Assembly: GCA_001858525.1 (NCBI GenBank)
Contig: LAPX01000001.1
Coordinates: 161,473-225,472, forward strand
Direction of reading: 5' to 3'
Length of the DNA stretch: 64,000 bases
Source: Vampirovibrio chlorellavorus
GTDB lineage: Bacteria > Cyanobacteriota > Vampirovibrionia > Vampirovibrionales > Vampirovibrionaceae
The position numbers were made by a program, and so were the translations under genes. The stretch's first letter is position 1; the number at the start of each line of letters is the position of its first letter. This document shows positions 58,229 to 64,000 of the stretch, one piece after another. Below the pieces are notes generated by a model. That model was not told where the DNA came from, did not search any database, and was given only the letters and a program-made list of their open reading frames with translations.

Positions 58229-60142
58229 GTGATTACCCCACAAATGTATGATCCCAAGTCTTTTTTTGACGCTATCTTCCAACAGAGTTGTGCAGGAGTG
58301 GGACTGGTTAATACAAGCGGCCATTTTGTCAGTGTCAATCCTCGATTTTGCCAAATTACCGGATATAGCGAATCTGAGCTATTAGAGCGAACCTTTGGCA
58401 GCATCACCCATCCAGAAGATTTGGCAATGGATTTGCAGCAGGCCGAACGACTCTACCAAGGCGAAATAGAAAACTATGAGCTTGAAAAACGGTATATTCG
58501 AAAATCGGGAGATATCATTTGGGTTTATATTTCCTGCTCACTGATAAAGCCACCCCAATACGCGGAGCATGACAGCCCCCCGGGGACTCCATTGGGTCTG
58601 GCTGTGGTGCAGGATATTTCTCTCAGAAAGCAAAAAGAAGCTGAATTAATTGAAAGCCAGACAAAACTGGAGACCAGTGAAGCCCATTTTCGCTTTGTAA
58701 CCGATAGTGTGCCGATTATGATATGGCTAACCGATGCCGACCTGAAAGCAACTTATCTTAATCAGGCCTGGCATCAATTTACAGGTCTCACCCAGGAACA
58801 AATCCTGAAGTCAGGCTGGTTGGAACAAATTCATCCGGAAGATCGCGAAAAAGTGCGCCTGGCATTCTGGGAAGCGGCTGAGCTCCGTCAGGAGATTTCA
58901 CTGGAGTATCGATTAAGCCGCAAAGATGGGGCATATCGCCACATGTCCGAAGTAGGCATCCCTTTGCGCACTGAAAATGGTGACTTTCAAGGCTATATTG
59001 GCTACGTCATTGATATCACGGAACGCAAGCAGGCAGAATTTGTGATTGCCCAAAATGAGGCCAATTGGAGAGCGCTGGTCAATTCCATCCCTCAACAGGC
59101 ATGGATGGCTGATGGTGAGGGGAAACGCTTTTGGTTCAACCAACCCTACCTCGATTATACCGGCGCAACGGTAGAAGAATTAAAAGACTGGGGATGGACA
59201 ACTTATATCCGAGAGGATCAGGCAAAAACGCTGGTTGAAAACATCAAGCTGGCCAGCCAAAGCAAAGCGCCGTTTGAAGCTACCATTGCCATAAGATCCA
59301 AAGATGGGCAATATCGTTGGTTTCTATCCAGAGCCCTGCCCATTCAGAACGCCCAGGGAGACATCATACGGTGGTTTGGCACCAATACGGATATCCATGA
59401 ATTGCGAGAGATACAAGAAGCCCTAGAGCGCAGTGAAAGGCAATTGGCCATCAGCAACCGGGATCTGGAGCAATTCGCCACCATCGCCTCCCATGATTTG
59501 CAAGCCCCACTGCGCAAAGCCAAAAGCTTTTGCAACATCATCCAGGATAAGGTAAAAGATCAGCTCGATCCAGAAACATTGGACATGATGGGCCGCATTC
59601 ATGTATCCCTGGAAAATATGCAAAGCCTGGTCTCGGATTTATTATCACTGTCTCTGGTGACCACAGAGAGCCAGGCCTTTGATTCGGTTGATCTTTCCAA
59701 GCTTTTAAGGCGAGTGACGACCACTTTATCGGATTTAATCGATGAGACCGGGGCCGTTATTCAAGTGCGGCAACTCTCCCGTATTTATGGCGATGGGGAG
59801 CAACTGACCCTGCTTCTGCAAAACCTGTTAGAAAATGCCATTAAATACCAGCCCCCCGGCCAAAAACCGCAAGTGGAAATTGAGGCGGTGAATCAAGAGA
59901 ACCGCTTGTGCCAAATTTCCGTGCGAGACAACGGCATTGGCTTCCCTCAAAGTCAGGCCGAACGAATTTTTCGACCCTTTGAGCGTCTCCACGGAAAATC
60001 CAGCCCCTATCATGGCAACGGTATTGGCCTGGCCATCTGTCACCGCATTGTAGAGCGACACAATGGTCATATCTGGGCTTCCAGCACCCCCGGGCAGGGT
60101 TCCCTGTTTATTGTGCAGCTTCCCCTGGATGCACCAAGCTAA
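58229..60142 (+). CDS. cytoplasmic multi-PAS sensor histidine kinase
   Basis: Three PAS/PAC domains (THPED, IHPED), FATIASHDLQAPL H-box, NLLENAIKY, DNGIG, GIGLAIC. Confidence 0.93.
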   Translation: MITPQMYDPKSFFDAIFQQSCAGVGLVNTSGHFVSVNPRFCQITGYSESELLERTFGSITHPEDLAMDLQQAERLYQGEIENYELEKRYIRKSGDIIWVYISCSLIKPPQYAEHDSPPGTPLGLAVVQDISLRKQKEAELIESQTKLETSEAHFRFVTDSVPIMIWLTDADLKATYLNQAWHQFTGLTQEQILKSGWLEQIHPEDREKVRLAFWEAAELRQEISLEYRLSRKDGAYRHMSEVGIPLRTENGDFQGYIGYVIDITERKQAEFVIAQNEANWRALVNSIPQQAWMADGEGKRFWFNQPYLDYTGATVEELKDWGWTTYIREDQAKTLVENIKLASQSKAPFEATIAIRSKDGQYRWFLSRALPIQNAQGDIIRWFGTNTDIHELREIQEALERSERQLAISNRDLEQFATIASHDLQAPLRKAKSFCNIIQDKVKDQLDPETLDMMGRIHVSLENMQSLVSDLLSLSLVTTESQAFDSVDLSKLLRRVTTTLSDLIDETGAVIQVRQLSRIYGDGEQLTLLLQNLLENAIKYQPPGQKPQVEIEAVNQENRLCQISVRDNGIGFPQSQAERIFRPFERLHGKSSPYHGNGIGLAICHRIVERHNGHIWASSTPGQGSLFIVQLPLDAPS

Positions 60143-60380
60143 AAAATTTCAGAACTGAAAATCTAGCGTGTATCCTAACCCCATTGAAACGCTCTTGGTA
60201 CCAAGGGCTTCTCGTTCAATTGCAATAATGTTAAAATAAAGCCCTTCAAACGCTTCCGCCTAAAACAACGCCAGCGTCACTTTTCCAAGCGCCCCAGGCT
60301 GGATCACGCGTCCAGCTTTATCTCCCCACAACTGCGCATTGTGTAATCAGCCTTATTTCTGTTTTTAAAGGACCTCCGTT

Positions 60381-61541
60381 TTGCAATCGGCACCCTCAAG
60401 TACGGCTCCCAGAATTTACAGTATCGACATCGTGCGTGGTCTGGCCATCACTCTCATGACCGTGGATCACGCCCGTGAGTTTTTCTTTAAAGGCATTTCT
60501 CTCTCAGACCCCATGTGTGTGGGCTGCTTGCCCCCCGAGCTCTTTTTTACCCGCTGGCTGACCCATTTTTGCGCCCCAACCTTTGTATTTCTAGCCGGGG
60601 TATCCGCTTATTTATACAGTCAAAAACCGGGGCTCACCCAAAAAGAATTAAGTCGCTTCCTGCTCACACGAGGCCTTGTCCTTCTTTTGTTGGAAATCAC
60701 CCTGATTAACGTGGCCTGGACATTTATCATCCCCCCTACCACCCTTTACCTGCAAGTAATCTGGGCCATCGGCATGAGCATGCTCTCTCTGGCCGGGTTG
60801 ATATGGCTCCCGCGTCCCATCATGGTTTTGATCACCCTGTTGCTAATTGCCGCCCACCCATTGCTAAACAACATTCATTTTACGGAAGGTACTCCCCAGC
60901 ATTTGCTTTGGTCCATGCTGCACGAACGTAACCGGATTCCCATCACTGAGGCCTTTAAAATTCGGACTTCCTACCCTTTGCTGCCGTGGATTGGCATAAT
61001 GAGTGCCGGTTTTTTGACCGGTCCAGTGTTTAATCAAAACATCCTGCCTCAGCAACGAAAAACTGGGCTATTCTGGGCGGGCGTGGCCCTTTTATTGGGT
61101 TTTGCTTTGCTCCGGCTGGGCAACGTTTATGGGGAAGCCAGTCTTTTTACCCCCTTTGCGGGTCTGCCGTTGCAAACCGTAATGTCCTTTGTCAACCTGA
61201 CCAAATACCCGCCCTCATTTTTATTTACCCTGATGACTCTGGGCGTCAGTAGTCTGGCACTAAGTTGGTTTGAAGGCCCCTTGAACGCGACCAAAAAGAT
61301 TTTGATGCAATTTGGGCGGGTCTCTATGTTCTATTACCTGCTGCATTTATACCTGTTGCACACGGCCGCTTGTGTGGCCGCCCTGTTTTGGCCTCCCGCC
61401 ACCGGACAAAAATTTAGCGTTCCGCACATTGGCTGGGTATGGCTGATTGCCGCAGCTTGCCTGCTGGTTTCTTACCCTCTGATTCAGCAATATTCGGCAC
61501 TGAAGAGGCGGTATCCCAACAGTTGGTTGCGCTATATTTAA
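60381..61541 (+). CDS. DUF1624 / heparan-alpha-glucosaminide N-acetyltransferase-like membrane protein
   Basis: RIYSIDIVRG, DHAR, TRWLTHFCAPTFVFLAG, KYPPS motifs. Confidence 0.85.
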   Translation: MQSAPSSTAPRIYSIDIVRGLAITLMTVDHAREFFFKGISLSDPMCVGCLPPELFFTRWLTHFCAPTFVFLAGVSAYLYSQKPGLTQKELSRFLLTRGLVLLLLEITLINVAWTFIIPPTTLYLQVIWAIGMSMLSLAGLIWLPRPIMVLITLLLIAAHPLLNNIHFTEGTPQHLLWSMLHERNRIPITEAFKIRTSYPLLPWIGIMSAGFLTGPVFNQNILPQQRKTGLFWAGVALLLGFALLRLGNVYGEASLFTPFAGLPLQTVMSFVNLTKYPPSFLFTLMTLGVSSLALSWFEGPLNATKKILMQFGRVSMFYYLLHLYLLHTAACVAALFWPPATGQKFSVPHIGWVWLIAAACLLVSYPLIQQYSALKRRYPNSWLRYI

Positions 61542-61617
61542 AGGACAAGCAAAAGCACAATGGGTCTAAGAACCCTCAACAATGTTAACCCCTAAACACC
61601 ACTCTCAATAATAAATA

Positions 61618-61689
61618 TGGGCGCTACTGGACTTGAACCAGTGACTTCCACCGTGTGAAGGTGGCACTCTACCGCTGAGTTAAGCGCCC
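61618..61689 (-). tRNA. tRNA-Val (anticodon CAC), CCA not encoded
   Basis: Reverse complement GGGCGCTTAACTCAGCGGTAGAGTGCCACCTTCACACGGTGGAAGTCACTGGTTCAAGTCCAGTAGCGCCCA folds as a cloverleaf. Confidence 0.95.
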
Positions 61690-61787
61690 AAGACTCAATC
61701 ATTTCTCTAAGCACAGTATAGGGAAAAGGGATTGGCACAACAAGTCCCCACCATTCAATTGTCCAAATAAAAATATATCAGATGCAT

Positions 61788-62096
61788 TCAAAGTGGTATC
61801 TCTTCCTCTAAACCCCGCGAAATAGGAGACTCCTCGGGGGGCGGAGACATTAAAGCGCAGTGGCCTAGCAGTGCGATGCGCCGCTCAGTGCGTTGCGTGG
61901 CACCTTTCAGCATTTCTTCCAGTGCTGCCGACAGTGGCATATTCTGGGCCGCTGCTATGGCCCGAGCCCTGATAATCAAGGTTTGAATCCCTTTTTCGGG
62001 CTTCTGGGCGCTGACCCTTTGAAACAGGCTATCCAGCTGATCCCAGTAATTTTTTTCCAACGGGGTGAGTGAGGCATAAAAGTTTTGGGCATCCAT
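61788..62096 (-). CDS. hypothetical protein
   Basis: GAGG RBS before ATG 62096; helical 102-aa ORF. Confidence 0.5.
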   Translation of the reverse strand: MDAQNFYASLTPLEKNYWDQLDSLFQRVSAQKPEKGIQTLIIRARAIAAAQNMPLSAALEEMLKGATQRTERRIALLGHCALMSPPPEESPISRGLEEEIPL

Positions 62097-62427
62097 TGGG
62101 GGTGACCTCTTTAAAATTTGATTTTTAATTTTTTCATAAAGGCTTTCATTTTTCGGCTCTTTAACGAGGATAGCCACCTTTGCGTCTACACAGACCAAAT
62201 TCCGGGAACTGACTTCAGCTAACTATTGCTATTGGCCTTCAGAAATGCGAAGTCTGGCCGATACGTGATTTGTAGTCAAATCCTGGGAGTTTAGATATGA
62301 CTTGTCAGCACTGTGGCGCTTATATCCCGGATGGGAACTATCGTTGTGAAGACTGTGGCGCCCCTATCCTTCAACCAGAGCCGGAAACTACTTGAGCCTC
62401 CCCTGAGAAAGCCGGGGAAACCTCTCA

Positions 62428-62470
62428 AAAAAGAACAGTGGCGCTCGTAAAGCATTACCACTGTTCTTTT
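62428..62470 (-). terminator. terminator downstream of fbaA
   Basis: AAAAGAACAGTGG...CCACTGTTCTTTT inverted repeat. Confidence 0.65.
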
Positions 62471-62493
62471 CAAAGCCAGGCTAAACGGATTGC

Positions 62494-63576
62494 TTATTCC
62501 GCAATGGATTTGCCAGCGGATTTCAAATCCCGAAACGCTTCATCCAGGCGGGAAATAATCCCTTCTTCGCCAGTCCGCAGCCATTTGCGTGGATCGTAGG
62601 CCTTTTTGTAAGGGGTATTGGTCTCTGGATCAATCTGATACTGGAACGCTTTGGGGTTGGCCATCACGTACTTGCCCACTTCATGGGCAAAGGCGAACTG
62701 CAAGTCCGTATCAATGTTCATTTTGAACACGCCGTAGTGCAAGGTTTCCTCGATTTTGGCTTGTTCAGAGCCTGAACCACCGTGAAACACCAGATTCAGC
62801 GGGTTTGGTCCAGTCTTGTGCGTGGACTCCACCAAAGCCTGGGAGTTTTTCAAAATTTCTGGGCGCAACTTGACGTTACCAGGGGCGTAAACACCATGCA
62901 CATTCCCGAAAGAAGCGGCGATAGAGAAGAACCCGAGGGAAGATAGGCGTTCAAAGGCTTGCAGTACATCTTGCGGTTGGGTGTAGAGGTTAGGGTTGTC
63001 CAAATCATCATCCTCAGAACCAATGCCGTCCTCTTCGCCACCGGTAATGCCCAGCTCAATCTCGATGCTCATATCAATGGCCGCAGCTCTCTTGAGAATC
63101 CGGGCGGACTCAGACAGGTTCTCTTCCAGCGTTTCCTCGGATAAATCCAGCATGTGCGAGGTGAACAGGGGACGTCCGGTTTGTTTATAGTGGGCCTCGC
63201 CGTGGGTTAACAGGGCTTCCACCCAGGGAACCAGCTTTTTATTGGCATGATCGGTGTGCAATACCACGCAAACCCCATAATGCTGGGCCAGCAAATGGAC
63301 ATGCTGGGCTGCTGAAACCGCCCCTAATACTTTGGCCTGAAAAGCATCAGGAAAGCCTTTGCCTGCATAGAATTCGGCCCCACCGTTGGAGAGCTGGATA
63401 ATGACATCCGATTTATTTTTCCGGGCTGCTTCCAACACAGCGTTGATGCTGTTGGTTCCCACCACATTTACGGCAGGCAGAATATACTTTCCTGCCTTAC
63501 AGGATTCTACCAGGGTTTGATAATCCTTCCCGGAAACAACGCCCGGTTTTAGCTTGGCTTGAGTGGCAATGCTCAT
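62494..63576 (-). CDS. fbaA: class II fructose-bisphosphate aldolase
   Basis: VVLHTDH, SHMLDLSEE, EIELGITGGEEDG, FGNVHGVY, LVFHGGSG, KMNIDTD, YDPRKWLR. Confidence 0.95.
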   Translation of the reverse strand: MSIATQAKLKPGVVSGKDYQTLVESCKAGKYILPAVNVVGTNSINAVLEAARKNKSDVIIQLSNGGAEFYAGKGFPDAFQAKVLGAVSAAQHVHLLAQHYGVCVVLHTDHANKKLVPWVEALLTHGEAHYKQTGRPLFTSHMLDLSEETLEENLSESARILKRAAAIDMSIEIELGITGGEEDGIGSEDDDLDNPNLYTQPQDVLQAFERLSSLGFFSIAASFGNVHGVYAPGNVKLRPEILKNSQALVESTHKTGPNPLNLVFHGGSGSEQAKIEETLHYGVFKMNIDTDLQFAFAHEVGKYVMANPKAFQYQIDPETNTPYKKAYDPRKWLRTGEEGIISRLDEAFRDLKSAGKSIAE

Positions 63577-63741
63577 GTCAAAATCCTTTGATCAACATTA
63601 TGACGGTCATTGGATTATTTTCTTACAAAAGCCACCATTGTCACCCCGCCAACTGTCGCAAAACCGGATTCAAACATGACACGACTCTGCCCCCGCCAGC
63701 AAAAACGCACCAATCCGAATCTCATGACGTCAAGACTGCTG

Positions 63742-64000
63742 CTAATTTTCCAGGCGAATCCGCATACCAGAGGTTTGATCGGTAATGGCCTCAGCCACAC
63801 GCTCCTTGGGTGTTTTTGCATTGAACCCGCCGGGTTGTGCCGGTGAGGACGGTTGAGGCGTTGTATCAGCCGCCTCTGTCGCTCTGGAGAAGTACTTCTG
63901 GAACTTTCCATGGATGACCGATAACAAATCCTGAGCCTCGTGCAGCCCGCCTTGCACGTACGTTCCGGTCAAGCGTTCCACAATGGCCAGCTGGATTTTT
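63742..64000 (-). CDS. 3' end of a hypothetical gene cut by the window edge
   Basis: Open frame continues to the window end upstream of the 63981 codon. Confidence 0.45.
   Translation of the reverse strand, partial: KIQLAIVERLTGTYVQGGLHEAQDLLSVIHGKFQKYFSRATEAADTTPQPSSPAQPGGFNAKTPKERVAEAITDQTSGMRIRLEN

Noticed and set aside
61618..61689. tRNA-Val as the attachment site of an integrated element
   Set aside because: No integrase and no duplicated tRNA 3' end seen in the window

Overview
A gene-dense bacterial chromosomal window. Gene style (many orphan prepilin-like proteins, split pyruvate:ferredoxin oxidoreductase, class II aldolase, no photosynthesis genes) resembles non-photosynthetic Cyanobacteria relatives such as Vampirovibrio/Melainabacteria; this assignment is inference only. 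Housekeeping content includes aroK-aroB, recR-ybaB, a peptide ABC substrate-binding protein, Tex, Tas, a beta-oxidation operon, PFOR, lexA, rlmN, fbaA and tRNA-Val(CAC). The most notable structures are: (1) a tandem array of three type IV prepilin-like genes (11.1-13.3 kb), each with its own sigma28-type promoter, two of them carrying different simple-sequence repeats in the leader-peptide coding region ((CAGA)7.5 in frame, C26 out of frame), which looks like a combinatorial phase-variation switchboard; (2) a second triplet of Flp/Tad-type prepilins with large variable C-terminal domains (39.3-42.5 kb), one with a TAG at codon 2; (3) a translationally coupled ynbAB/ynbC-like lipid operon extended with a Rieske oxygenase, a PLP enzyme and an SDR; (4) a FadE-FadD fusion with an A9 run exactly at the domain junction; (5) GAAC-N4-GTTC-like boxes at lexA plus an unannotated 27-aa hydrophobic peptide; (6) two dRS3/REP-like inverted-repeat doublets. 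No integrase, transposase, CRISPR array or reverse transcriptase was seen.
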